Notes under the pieces: generated by a model
The model's database searches: none
Told to the model about the DNA's origin: nothing
What the model saw: the letters and a program-made list of their open reading frames with translations, nothing else
In this document: in pieces, positions 48,921-59,792 of the stretch
Layout: the number at the start of each line of letters is the position of its first letter
Numbering within the stretch: the stretch's first letter is position 1
Made by a program: the position numbers and the translations under genes
Source of the DNA: Phycisphaeraceae bacterium
GTDB taxonomy: Bacteria; Planctomycetota; Phycisphaerae; Phycisphaerales; Phycisphaeraceae
Assembly (NCBI GenBank): GCA_963674705.1
Contig: OY771506.1
Coordinates: 320,001 to 384,000 of the forward strand
Length of the DNA: 64,000 bases
Reading direction: 5' to 3'

Positions 48921-48997
48921 AAGTGTAATCTGGTTATTGAGCCGCATGTCGCCCGGCCCCTAGCTTCGCTCAGGACCGGCGTTGGGTTGACGGGAAA

Positions 48998-49046
48998 ATA
49001 CCCGATACCCGATACCCGATACCCGATACCCGATACCCGATACCCG
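48998..49046. repeat. Perfect heptamer tandem repeat (ATACCCG)x7 next to the nusG stop
   Basis: Counted directly; reverse complement of (CGGGTAT)x4 at 39794-39821. Confidence 0.95.
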
Positions 49047-49049
49047 ATT

Positions 49050-49781
49050 TTACTCTTCGAACTTCTCGATGAGCCAGTATTCCAGTTCGATCGGGGTGGC
49101 TCGACCGAAGATGGTGACCACCACGCGAACCTTGCCCTGGTCGGGCAACAACTCGTCCACGGTGCCTTCCATGTTCTCGAACGGGCCCTCGCGGATCTTG
49201 ATGTGATCGCCGGGTGCGAATTCCATCTTGACGGTGGGCTGTTCCTCGGCGGGCTTGGACGCCATCTGCATCTTCTCGATCTCGGGGATCGACATGGGCG
49301 ATGGACGCCCGGCTGTGCCGATGAAGTCGCCGACGCCGGTCGTTTCCTTGATGAGGAAGAACACGTCCTGGGGGATGCGGCCGTCATCTTCAAGCTGCAT
49401 CTCGACGAAGACGTAGCCGGGGTACAGCTTCTTCTCGACGATCTTCTGCTTGCCGGCCTTGATGGTCTTTTCCTTCTCGGTCGGCACGAGGATGCGGTTC
49501 ACGAGGTGCTCGAAGCCCTCGATCTTGATCTTGCGCAGCAGCGTCTCGCGGACGGAATCTTCCTTGTTGGAAGCGACACGCAGGACGAACCAGTTCATGC
49601 CTGGCGTGACCAGCAGTTCTTCGTCCTCGCCGCCGGGCATGCCGGAGGCTTCGGGCGATTCGTGCGGCTGCGAGGATCCCGCTTCGCCTTCGTTCGGTTC
49701 TGGCGTTTCGTCAGGAAGGTCGGGGTGTTCGGGATTCTGCATCGTGACGTCTTCGTCCTGGAGGAGGTTATCGTCAGCCAT
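49050..49781 (-). CDS. nusG: Transcription termination/antitermination factor NusG (acidic N-terminal extension)
   Basis: WFVLRVASNKE, LYPGYVFVEM, KOW motif IREGPF, VTIFGRATPIEL. Confidence 0.96.
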   Translation of the reverse strand: MADDNLLQDEDVTMQNPEHPDLPDETPEPNEGEAGSSQPHESPEASGMPGGEDEELLVTPGMNWFVLRVASNKEDSVRETLLRKIKIEGFEHLVNRILVPTEKEKTIKAGKQKIVEKKLYPGYVFVEMQLEDDGRIPQDVFFLIKETTGVGDFIGTAGRPSPMSIPEIEKMQMASKPAEEQPTVKMEFAPGDHIKIREGPFENMEGTVDELLPDQGKVRVVVTIFGRATPIELEYWLIEKFEE

Positions 49782-49830
49782 AATAGTTGCCCTGATCTGC
49801 GAGATTCGCCGGGGTTGCCGTGGATTATCC

Positions 49831-50232
49831 TTAGACCAACAGGCCGATGGCTCGGAACAGTGAAGCAAAGCCAATATTGATCCCCCACAGCAGCAGCGCG
49901 ATGAACGCGGTGCCGCAGATCACGACCCACGTCGAGCCGATGATCTCTTTCTTGCTGGGCCAGTTGACCTTGTTCATCTCGGCTTCGGTGGCGATCATGA
50001 AGTCGGCGACGTTAGGCTTGTTGAGGATCAGGAAAACGATGATCCCGAAAACCGCGATCACGCCGACCGCCATCCCCGCCTGGTAGTACAGGATGTGGTC
50101 CGTGTTACGGACGATGGTGGGCATCTTCTCCCACAGCCAGCCCACACCCGAGAGCACCATCACGCCGACACCCACCGCCGAGAGCATCCGCGTGTAATAA
50201 CCTTGACCGGGTTTGTAGATAGATAGTGCCAT
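49831..50232 (-). CDS. secE: Preprotein translocase subunit SecE
   Basis: ADFMIATEAEMNKVNWPSKKE; 3 TMs; YKPGQG N-terminus. Confidence 0.95.
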   Translation of the reverse strand: MALSIYKPGQGYYTRMLSAVGVGVMVLSGVGWLWEKMPTIVRNTDHILYYQAGMAVGVIAVFGIIVFLILNKPNVADFMIATEAEMNKVNWPSKKEIIGSTWVVICGTAFIALLLWGINIGFASLFRAIGLLV

Positions 50233-50431
50233 GGGTATTCACCAAGCGTTAGGCTTGCATTGCGGCTGGATCAGTTGCAATTGACAACGAACCGCTTGTA
50301 TTTAGTCGTCGGCCAGAACAGAACATTGCCTGCCACCCGGAAAGCCTTTGCAGGAGGCGAAAGGCCAATGGCCGACGGGTTTCGTTCACGTTGACAGGCC
50401 AAGCTTTCCTAACCAGCCCGTCCCGTCCAGA

Positions 50432-50504
<73 letters not shown>

Positions 50505-50612
50505 AAGAGCGTGCGGCACGAGGGGTCGAAGCCTGGGGCCGAGCAAGCTCGGCCGTTAAACTCGGGCTGCGCCCTCAGCACGGCCAAGCCGTGCGTGCCC
50601 GCTTCGCGGTCA

Positions 50613-50792
50613 CTACTTACGTTTGATCTTATGCAGCGTGTGTTTACGCAGGCGTGGCGAGTACTTCTTCAGGCCGGCCTTGAGCTTCTCGGGCAGACCG
50701 CCCTTGACGTTCACGGGTGTGCGGTAATTCAGATCACCACACTCCGAGCACTGGAGCCACACGTATTCAACTGCTTCGGCTTTCTTGGCCAT
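50613..50792 (-). CDS. rpmG: 50S ribosomal protein L33
   Basis: Hand translation [25 protein letters not shown]...[19 protein letters not shown]; lies between tuf and tRNA-Trp/secE. Confidence 0.93.
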   Translation of the reverse strand: MAKKAEAVEYVWLQCSECGDLNYRTPVNVKGGLPEKLKAGLKKYSPRLRKHTLHKIKRK

Positions 50793-50799
50793 GGTAAAG

Positions 50800-50888
50800 A
50801 GCCTTTAGCTAATTCGAATCAGCCTTTAGCCAGCCTTTAGCCATCAGCATCATCAGTGCTAACGGCTAAAGGCTAACGGCTAAGGGCT
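50800..50888. repeat. Inverted heptamer-array hairpin between tuf and rpmG
   Basis: (GCCTTTA-like)n ... (GCTAACG/GCTAAAG)n. Confidence 0.75.
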
Positions 50889-50894
50889 TGTTAA

Positions 50895-52100
<1,206 letters not shown>

Positions 52101-52252
52101 CGTCTGAAACCTCCGCCTAACTTTCCGTTGTTCTTGGTTGTACCCGGACACGCTGTGTTAGGCGTCAACGCGTCCGGCCGTGATCGGTTTCCAATTCACC
52201 TGTGTCGGCCGCCGAGCCCGTACCCGGCTGATCTAATTAGCCGTCCTCAAAA

Positions 52253-52324
<72 letters not shown>

Positions 52325-52852
52325 GGCCAAATGCCTTGACAGCCCGCGCACCCTGACGCAGTGGCTGTCACCGAGCCCAAGACTCGGCACTTTAGCGACT
52401 TCACACCGATTGACAAGGGGCGTCGAACTGGCCTTGTAACCAATCCGCGCCCCTAACATCCGGTCGCTATGAAAACCGCTGCATCGGTCAGCCTGGATCA
52501 GATCCAAACCGACGCAGGAGCATATCAGCATGCCCCATCCACGTCAAACCCGCAGCAGTTACCACTCAATGCCATAAACATCCTTGCCGAACTGGGGATA
52601 CTGCTATCGACCAGCAACCCGCCCCCGATCGTAAAATCAATCCATTTAACAGATTATCGGATTCAAATTGCCGCCAAAATCTTTGTGTAAACCCCTTTTA
52701 AACACCCCATCCCCCACCCGACTGAATTGTCTATTACCTTATGCCGACCTATCATACGGTGTCGCAGACGCAGTGACCCGGCAGCCCCGGACGTTCCGGG
52801 ATAACCCGGCTATCAACGCGGCCACCACTTTCGATGGATCGCAAGGAGCACA

Positions 52853-53116
52853 ATGACCCAGGACGGTAATACCACAGCTGACACCCGCAGTATCTACGAA
52901 CGCGTGGAAGAGGTGATCGAACGGATCCGACCGGCCGTCCAGTCCGACGGCGGGGACCTGGAACTGGTCGCCGTCACCGACGAGGGTGTCGTGCAGATAC
53001 GCCTGCTGGGCGCCTGCATCGGCTGTCCGTCCAGCGGGATGACCCTGCACATGGGCATTGAACGCAACGTGCGCGAAAAGATCCCGGAAGTGACCGGCGT
53101 TGAGCAAGTGAGCTAA
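52853..53116 (+). CDS. NifU/NfuA family Fe-S scaffold domain protein
   Basis: IRPAVQSDGGDLELV, GACIGCPSSGMTL. Confidence 0.93.
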   Translation: MTQDGNTTADTRSIYERVEEVIERIRPAVQSDGGDLELVAVTDEGVVQIRLLGACIGCPSSGMTLHMGIERNVREKIPEVTGVEQVS

Positions 53117-53214
53117 ACCCCTACCCCGCCAATGTAATCGGCGGACTCAGGACGAGATACCCAAGCCGCGACACCCCCAGCGGCCCGGGAAGACAGGGTC
53201 AGGAGACCAAAGGC

Positions 53215-53430
53215 ATGCTCGCACTCACACGCCGCGTCGGCGAAGAAGTCGTAATTGGCGACCCAGGCAACCCCCAAGGGGTCATCCGCATCGTCGAAAT
53301 CCAAGGCGACAAGGTACGCCTCGCCTTCGACTTCCCACGCGAAACCGCCATCAACCGCCGAGAACTCGCCGACCAGAAAGCCCGCGGCGAAAAACCAACA
53401 AAGAAAAACAACGGCAACGGCGGCAAGTAA
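53215..53430 (+). CDS. csrA: Carbon storage regulator CsrA-family protein
   Basis: MLALTRRVGEEVVIG...VRLAFDFPRETAINRRE. Confidence 0.88.
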   Translation: MLALTRRVGEEVVIGDPGNPQGVIRIVEIQGDKVRLAFDFPRETAINRRELADQKARGEKPTKKNNGNGGK

Positions 53431-53457
53431 ACCTCACCGTCCTGCCTTCGACCCATT

Positions 53458-53487
53458 TAGCCCCAGGCGGAAGCCTGGGGTTTTTTA
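53458..53487 (+). terminator. REP-like hairpin acting as terminator after csrA
   Basis: CCCCAGGC-ggaa-GCCTGGGG + T6; related hairpins at 26661-26683 and 54330-54351. Confidence 0.75.
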
Positions 53488-53535
53488 TTCGTCTACCACA
53501 TTGCCGCCTAACCACCGCCGACTAAGATCGGCCCC

Positions 53536-54321
53536 ATGACCCAAAACAATCACTCACAACCCGCCCCACAAAAACTCGGCGACTTCACCGAACAAGCCGA
53601 CGCGTATCAGGCTTCACGCCCGAACTACCCCGTCGCCCTGATCGAAGAGCTTATCCACCAACTCAACCTCCAACCCAGCGCCAACGTCGCTGACATCGGC
53701 GCGGGCACCGGCATCTTCACCGCTCAACTCGCAGCGCATGGCTTCAACATGACCGCCGTCGAACCCAACCCCGTCATGAGTAACAAAGCGGTAACCCATA
53801 CGAACGTCCGTTGGGTCAAAGGCACGTTTGAAGAAACTTACCTGCCTGATGCTTCGCAGGATTGGATCACCGCCGCACAGGCATTCCACTGGGCCAAACC
53901 CGACCAGGCCCTGCCCGAACTGCACCGCATCCTCAAACCCAACAGCGCTTTCACCGCGCTGTGGAACAACCGCCTTAACAATGAAGAACCGATACTCACG
54001 CGCACATGGGAACTGATACGTACCAACGTCCCCGAATTCGACGATACCTACCGCGACAACGGCAACTGGGAAAACGTACTCACCTCAAACGGCCTCTTTC
54101 ACGATGTAACCCGCAACGAACACCGCCACATCATCAACATGCCCCGCGAGCGCTACCTCGCACTCTGGCACAGCCACAACCACCTCAACGTCTCCGCAGG
54201 CCCACAGCGCTTCGCCAAACTGATCCAACTCATCGAACAGGACCTGGACAAACACAATGTCGATGTTGTGCCGATGCCCTATCTATGCCAAGCCTGGACC
54301 GCCAAACGCCGCGATACATAA
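53536..54321 (+). CDS. Class I SAM-dependent methyltransferase
   Basis: RPNYP, VADIGAGTGIFT, AVEPN, AAQAFHW. Confidence 0.92.
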   Translation: MTQNNHSQPAPQKLGDFTEQADAYQASRPNYPVALIEELIHQLNLQPSANVADIGAGTGIFTAQLAAHGFNMTAVEPNPVMSNKAVTHTNVRWVKGTFEETYLPDASQDWITAAQAFHWAKPDQALPELHRILKPNSAFTALWNNRLNNEEPILTRTWELIRTNVPEFDDTYRDNGNWENVLTSNGLFHDVTRNEHRHIINMPRERYLALWHSHNHLNVSAGPQRFAKLIQLIEQDLDKHNVDVVPMPYLCQAWTAKRRDT

Positions 54322-54368
54322 AACACACTTAGCCCCGGGCTTGCCCGGGGTAACTCAACAAATGCAGA

Positions 54369-55125
54369 TGAACCGCGAAGGCGCAAAGAGCGCGAAGAAG
54401 ATTAGCCACCGATAAACACGGATACGAGCCAAGCGAAGAGGTGCTATTCCAACAAACGCGACGACACGACATACAATGCCGCCAGGCAAACCGGTGTCAG
54501 GCTGTCGAAGAAAAATGCAACCAGTAGATTGATATTATCGTCCACTGGAATAACCCGAACGATCGCAGTTGAAACCAGACAAACCGGCACGATGGCGATG
54601 CACGCAAGCTTCACCCATTCGATGCCTTTTAGATTCGCTTCTCGCCAAAGCCCTATCAAGAGAAACAAGAGCGTCAGCAGGTAGAGGATGTAGAAAGGCC
54701 AATAGGTCCAGACATAAAGCCAATCGAGACGATCGGTCGTTTGGCCCCTGAATAAATCAGGAAACGTCAGAACTACTTGAATACCTGATGCAACAGCAGC
54801 AAATGAATACACCTTCTGACGATCACGTATCGCCCAGCAAGCCCCGGCAATGAGGCCATATCCAATACAGCTTGGCAGACAAATACCTAGCCCGTTGACT
54901 TCCAGGTTTAACGCAACACACAACAAGCCAATCGCAATCAACCAATAATGTGTCATCAGTAAATTCCCCCTTTAAAACATGGATCGAAAACGAACAATCC
55001 TCTACTACTAACTGAATCTAAGAACCAAACGCTGCTCATCAGCCTCAACTCTTTTTTCTTATCCGTGTTCATCCGTGTTCATCTGTGGCTAATCTTCTCC
55101 GCGCTCTTCGCCCCTTCGCGGTTCA
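54369..55125. mobile_element. Nested palindromic element (copy D) carrying a cargo gene; mobility inferred, not shown
   Basis: ~56-bp inverted arms TGAACCGCGAAGGCGCAAAGAGCGCGAAGAAGATTAGCCACCGATAAACACGGAT and its near-complement at ~55060-55125, same family as 28506-28688. Confidence 0.7.
54444..54956 (-). CDS. Low-GC multi-TM hypothetical membrane protein (cargo)
   Basis: 170 aa, ~6 hydrophobic segments, AGGGGG RBS, AT-richer than flanks. Confidence 0.78.
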   Translation of the reverse strand: MTHYWLIAIGLLCVALNLEVNGLGICLPSCIGYGLIAGACWAIRDRQKVYSFAAVASGIQVVLTFPDLFRGQTTDRLDWLYVWTYWPFYILYLLTLLFLLIGLWREANLKGIEWVKLACIAIVPVCLVSTAIVRVIPVDDNINLLVAFFFDSLTPVCLAALYVVSSRLLE

Positions 55126-55129
55126 CCCC

Positions 55130-56038
55130 CTATCCAAAATACTTCCCCCACAACAAATCCAACCGCTCAACCGCCACCCGATCGATCTTCGAGTTATCCG
55201 ACCAGATTCCCAGCGCCAGCGCGCTGTGCGCCGGACTCGGTTCAGCCTGCAACGCGCTCGTATCGCGCAGCGCCTGCTTCATCAGCGCGATGTTCGCCTT
55301 CGTCGCTTTTTGCAGGTTCCCGATGATCTCTTCCAGCAGATTCTGCGCAGGTACATTCGGATCGTGTGGCCGCCAACAGTCGTAATCCGTCGGCATGGCG
55401 ATCATCGCATACGCGATCTCCGCTTCACGCGCGAGCTTCGCCTCGGGCATCGCCGTCATGCCGATCAGGTCGCCGCCCCACTGCCGGTGCATGTTGGATT
55501 CAGCCTTGGTCGAAAAGGCAGGCCCTTCCATCACCACATACGTCCCCGTTTCGTGCACCTTGATCCCGTCGAGCCCCTTGGCCGCATCCAAGAGCCACTT
55601 GCGCATCACCGGGCAGAACGGCTCGGAAAATTCCACGTGTACCGCGGCACATTCGTAAAAGGTGTTTGCCCGCTTGTGCGTCTTATCTATCAGTTGATCG
55701 ACGATGACAAGATCACCCGGTGCGACCTCTTCGCGCAATGAGCCGGTTGCGCCGCTTGCGAGAATATGTGTAACACCCAGGCTCTTGAGTGCGTAGATAT
55801 TAGCGCGGTACGGCACAGCCGAAGGGTTGAGCGTGTGCCCCGGGCCGTGACGTTGAAGGATCGCGACCTGTGTGCCACCCCCGGAAGTTCCCCAATCCGC
55901 GAGCGTGATCGGTGAACTGGGTTTACCGAAAGGGGTATCGACTTCGATCGTCTCGCCCTTTTCCGCCCCGAGCGCGTCGCCCAGGCCGCTGCCGCCGATG
56001 ATGCCGATTTTTACTTGTTCATGGGTTGTCTGATTCAT
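55130..56038 (-). CDS. mtnP: S-methyl-5'-thioadenosine phosphorylase
   Basis: IGIIGGSG, RHGPGH, PYRANIYALK, MEGPAFSTKAES, GMTAMPEAKLAREAE, TDYDCW. Confidence 0.95.
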   Translation of the reverse strand: MNQTTHEQVKIGIIGGSGLGDALGAEKGETIEVDTPFGKPSSPITLADWGTSGGGTQVAILQRHGPGHTLNPSAVPYRANIYALKSLGVTHILASGATGSLREEVAPGDLVIVDQLIDKTHKRANTFYECAAVHVEFSEPFCPVMRKWLLDAAKGLDGIKVHETGTYVVMEGPAFSTKAESNMHRQWGGDLIGMTAMPEAKLAREAEIAYAMIAMPTDYDCWRPHDPNVPAQNLLEEIIGNLQKATKANIALMKQALRDTSALQAEPSPAHSALALGIWSDNSKIDRVAVERLDLLWGKYFG

Positions 56039-56231
56039 CACAGGATCATAACCCATTTACAAAAGTGCAGACCCGATGCACAAAACCACCCGCGAGCACG
56101 GTGTGATCAATGAATACACACCCGAATCAAAATTTCCTATTGGGGGCATGACATAAATCTGTCCGTCATGCGACTACACCCATGCATCAGCCTGAAAGTG
56201 CCTCTGGCACGACACGCTAGGGAGGTGTCAC

Positions 56232-57002
56232 ATGTCAACGACGACGCTCCAGCCCAGTCTCAGCGATTGCACATCACAAACGCAGCCCCAAGCCATCCAA
56301 ACACCTTCCGGGAAACTTGCTTCCGGGGCTATTCATTCGCCTCATTCTGCCCGTCCAGGGGGACAAACGCCGGCGCTTTCCGCCAAGAGCAGCTCGGCCG
56401 CGTCCCCCGGACTTTTAACATCCACCCACCGCCGCCTCGCCCCTGCCCAGGCTGGCATCCTGAGCAAAATGACGACCCAAGGCCTCGCGCTTACCGGCCT
56501 GGGCATCGTCGCCGCCTCGGTCTGGCTGAGCTACCAGATGGGTGAGATCGACCGCGTTCGCAACTTCATCGCAGACTGGCCCAACTTCATCACCTTCAGC
56601 GCCATCGACGAAGCCTACTACCCGTCCGTCTCAGGCTACCTCGGCCTCGTGTTTGCCGGCCCGCTCGGCGCGATCCTGACTGCCGCGCTTGCGATTTGCA
56701 TGGGTATGGGACTATGGGCGTTAAGATCCGGCCGCCGCTCACAACCCCGCCTGTTTCCCAAAGCATTACCGCTTACCGCCGCATACCTTTTACCCTTCCT
56801 GGTCCTCGGCTTTGCGATCTTCTCCGCCTTCGAATTCGCCGGGGCATACGCGATGCCCGCCACGCTCCGCGCTCAGCCCGCCCTCATAGACATCTGGGTC
56901 ATCACCGCCCTCTCCTGCGCCGCCCTCCTGACCCTCTCTTCCACCGCCCTGCTGCTTATCTGGGCCTGGCGACGCGAAAATCGACTCACAAAATGCGCCT
57001 GA
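56232..57002 (+). CDS. Hypothetical membrane protein
   Basis: GGAGG RBS; four TMs after a disordered N-terminus. Confidence 0.7.
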   Translation: MSTTTLQPSLSDCTSQTQPQAIQTPSGKLASGAIHSPHSARPGGQTPALSAKSSSAASPGLLTSTHRRLAPAQAGILSKMTTQGLALTGLGIVAASVWLSYQMGEIDRVRNFIADWPNFITFSAIDEAYYPSVSGYLGLVFAGPLGAILTAALAICMGMGLWALRSGRRSQPRLFPKALPLTAAYLLPFLVLGFAIFSAFEFAGAYAMPATLRAQPALIDIWVITALSCAALLTLSSTALLLIWAWRRENRLTKCA

Positions 57003-57100
57003 ACCAAACCGGCCCCAAAACGTCTGTAACACTCCGGCCCCATCCGACGTATGCTTGATTGACCGACCAAACAAACATGCGTCAGCCGGAGAAAATAACC

Positions 57101-58144
57101 ATGAAACGCAATATCACGTCCCTGATCCTGATCCTCTGCCTGCTTCTCACCGTCCTGCCCACCCAGGCCCAATCACAATCGACGCTCGTGCCGGACGATG
57201 CACAGTTCGCGCTCGTGCTCAACCCCTCACGGATCATGCAGAGCAAGCTCGGCCAAACCATCCTCGAAAGAATCCGCGAGGAAGAACCCGAAATCGACTC
57301 AATCATCGATGAGTTCTCCAACACCGTCGGCATCGACCTGCGTAACTCGCTCGGCCAAACCGTCCTCTTCGGCTCAGGCTATGACAAGAAACAGTTCGCA
57401 CTCGTCGCCGACATCGGCCCAAGCGCGGGCAACATCAGCGGCCTGTTGCTGACCGCCCCGGATTACAGCTCCGAAGTCTACCGCGACAAGGTCATCATCC
57501 ACTCCATACTCACCGAAGACCCGATGGGCCAGGCCGACCGACTCTACTGCGCCATCCCCAAACGATCGTTCGGCGATTCCTACTACCTCGTCGCCTCCTT
57601 CGACCCGAAGCGTACCCGCGACATGGTCGACCAGACCATCGACGGTAACGCCAAACTGATGTCCGACGGCGACGATTCAGGCACCCTGCTGAATGCCTGG
57701 TTCAACGGCCTGCCCGAACTGGCGCAAGCCGCCCGCGCCGAAGGCCCCCCCTCCAGGATCGCTGAGATGATCCAACGCGGACAACTCACGCTCAAAGAAG
57801 CAGGCGAAAACGCCACCGTCACACTCAAACTCACCATGACCGACGCACTCCGAGCCGAGCAGGTCTGTCAACTACTGCAAGGCGGCCTGGCGATGATGCA
57901 ACTGGTCGCCAGCAGCGAACCCGAGGCTCGACCGCTCGGTGAACTCGGCCAACTCATCAAGGTCAACTACACGCCCAACGACACCGTCGTCGTCGCCACC
58001 ATGACCAGCAGCTTCGAGCAACTGGAAGAACTGATCGGTAAACTCGAAGACATGGATCATCATCAAAACAATCATCATCCCAAGGCCGCGCCGGTAGAAA
58101 TGCAAGAGACCGAAGAAACAGTCGACGTCGTGGAAACGCCCTGA
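57101..58144 (+). CDS. Exported hypothetical protein
   Basis: Signal peptide (LPTQA), GGAG RBS, host-like codon use. Confidence 0.78.
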   Translation: MKRNITSLILILCLLLTVLPTQAQSQSTLVPDDAQFALVLNPSRIMQSKLGQTILERIREEEPEIDSIIDEFSNTVGIDLRNSLGQTVLFGSGYDKKQFALVADIGPSAGNISGLLLTAPDYSSEVYRDKVIIHSILTEDPMGQADRLYCAIPKRSFGDSYYLVASFDPKRTRDMVDQTIDGNAKLMSDGDDSGTLLNAWFNGLPELAQAARAEGPPSRIAEMIQRGQLTLKEAGENATVTLKLTMTDALRAEQVCQLLQGGLAMMQLVASSEPEARPLGELGQLIKVNYTPNDTVVVATMTSSFEQLEELIGKLEDMDHHQNNHHPKAAPVEMQETEETVDVVETP

Positions 58145-58188
58145 TAATCCTGTCCACTCATCGCAACTAAACAATCGGATTCGGCAAA

Positions 58189-58875
58189 TTGACTGACCCA
58201 AGCACGCAACAGACCACCAACGCAGGGGGACTCGGCACGCTCAGCGATGAACAGCTCGCTGAGCGTGTCCGCGGTGGGTGCGTCAAGTCCTACGAGCAGC
58301 TCGACAAACGTTTCCGCCCCAGGCTTGTGTACCTGATGCGTAAACGCACGGGTAGCCGCGAAGATGCCGAAGACCTGACGCAGCAGGCGCTGCTGCGTGC
58401 CTACCAGCAGATCGACAAGTACAACCCCAAGCACTCGTTCCGCGCCTGGCTGTTCACGATCGCGATCCGCATGGCGATCGATGCGTTCCGCAAACGCGGC
58501 ATCGATGCAGCAGCCGAAGGCATCGAACGCGCCCAGGACCCGACGCCCGGCCCAGCCGAAACCGTCAGCCGAATGGATACCCAACGAAGACTCTGGGCGC
58601 TGGCCGACAAAGTACTGGACCCCGTCCAGCGGACCGCGCTATGGTTACACTACGGCGAAGACCTGAAAACCAAGCAGATCGCCAAAACACTGGGACTCAC
58701 CGCGGTACACGTAAGAGTATTGCTCTACCGTGCAAGACGAACCATGATGACGCATCTAGAGGAGACCGAAAACAAAACCGAGGCCGTCACCGTCCCCGAA
58801 CCGGCATACGCCTCGACACCACCGCACGCCTCGACCCCTCGTAAGTCAAGGCTGAGTGAAGGAGCTGTGACATGA
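58189..58875 (+). CDS. ECF sigma-70 factor
   Basis: DAEDLTQQALL, FRAWLFTIAIR, region 4 IAKTLG...VRVLLYRAR. Confidence 0.93.
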   Translation: MTDPSTQQTTNAGGLGTLSDEQLAERVRGGCVKSYEQLDKRFRPRLVYLMRKRTGSREDAEDLTQQALLRAYQQIDKYNPKHSFRAWLFTIAIRMAIDAFRKRGIDAAAEGIERAQDPTPGPAETVSRMDTQRRLWALADKVLDPVQRTALWLHYGEDLKTKQIAKTLGLTAVHVRVLLYRARRTMMTHLEETENKTEAVTVPEPAYASTPPHASTPRKSRLSEGAVT

Positions 58876-59525
58876 TCCGTTGGCTTTCACAACTATGGGT
58901 CAGTAGCGCGATCGATCGAAACGACGCGCCACCGAAGCTCTGGACATGGACGTTCGGACGCCTGAAGTCCCACCGCAAGTTCGCATCACAACTGCAACAA
59001 CTCGACGGCCAACTCAAACGCCAGGCCGTCTCACAACAGCGATCCCTCGCGCAAGAGCACCTGCCCATCGGTGACTACACAGCAAACAAAACAATCACCG
59101 ATCCCGCGCCGGCCAGCGCATCAAACGAATGGCTACTTCGCCTGCTCAAACCAGCCGTCGCACTCGCCTGCTGCGCGATCCTCGCCGCCGCTACCTGGAC
59201 ACTTTGGCCCAAACAACCTGCACCAGACACCGACCTGCTCACCAAGGCTTTCGAAGATCAATTCGAACAACTCTGGACCCCAATCTCCGAGCAGGCCCAA
59301 ACGACCGGCCAAGCCCTGCGCCAGCAAACCACCTACATGACCGACCTCCCCCAGCATCTGCCTAAGATCGACCAGGTTGTTCAGGACCTGAGCATCAACA
59401 TCGAAACACCCATCCGCGAAGAAATGAACCGCTTCGCACAGGACATGACCCAACCCTGGATCTACATCACCAACCAACTCCCCCGCCCCACCCCACGCCA
59501 AGACCCACCACCCTCAAACGGCTAA
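58872..59525 (+). CDS. Single-TM hypothetical protein, candidate anti-sigma factor
   Basis: Overlaps the sigma stop codon; central TM. Confidence 0.6.
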   Translation: MIRWLSQLWVSSAIDRNDAPPKLWTWTFGRLKSHRKFASQLQQLDGQLKRQAVSQQRSLAQEHLPIGDYTANKTITDPAPASASNEWLLRLLKPAVALACCAILAAATWTLWPKQPAPDTDLLTKAFEDQFEQLWTPISEQAQTTGQALRQQTTYMTDLPQHLPKIDQVVQDLSINIETPIREEMNRFAQDMTQPWIYITNQLPRPTPRQDPPPSNG

Positions 59526-59792
59526 ACACAATTCAACTGGATAGCCCACCCGGGGTACCCACCTAAAGCCCGGGGATAGCCATCCCAGGGCACAAGGGCG
59601 CTAAGGCGTTAGCGCATCTACCACAACCAATATCGCAACAATCGCGCAAGATAATCTTGGAATCCTTAAGCGCGGGTGTTACACTGTCACATAGCGTCCG
59701 ACGGTGTAGCTATACAGAAGCTATATAGAAAATGCCGGGCAATTCAACAAGCTGGCTTCATGCCATCGCATGACTGTTAAAGGGGGCTTTCG

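Noticed and set aside
52330..52480. Expected tRNA-Tyr/tRNA-Gly upstream of tRNA-Thr
   Set aside because: No cloverleaf with canonical T-arm and acceptor stem could be built
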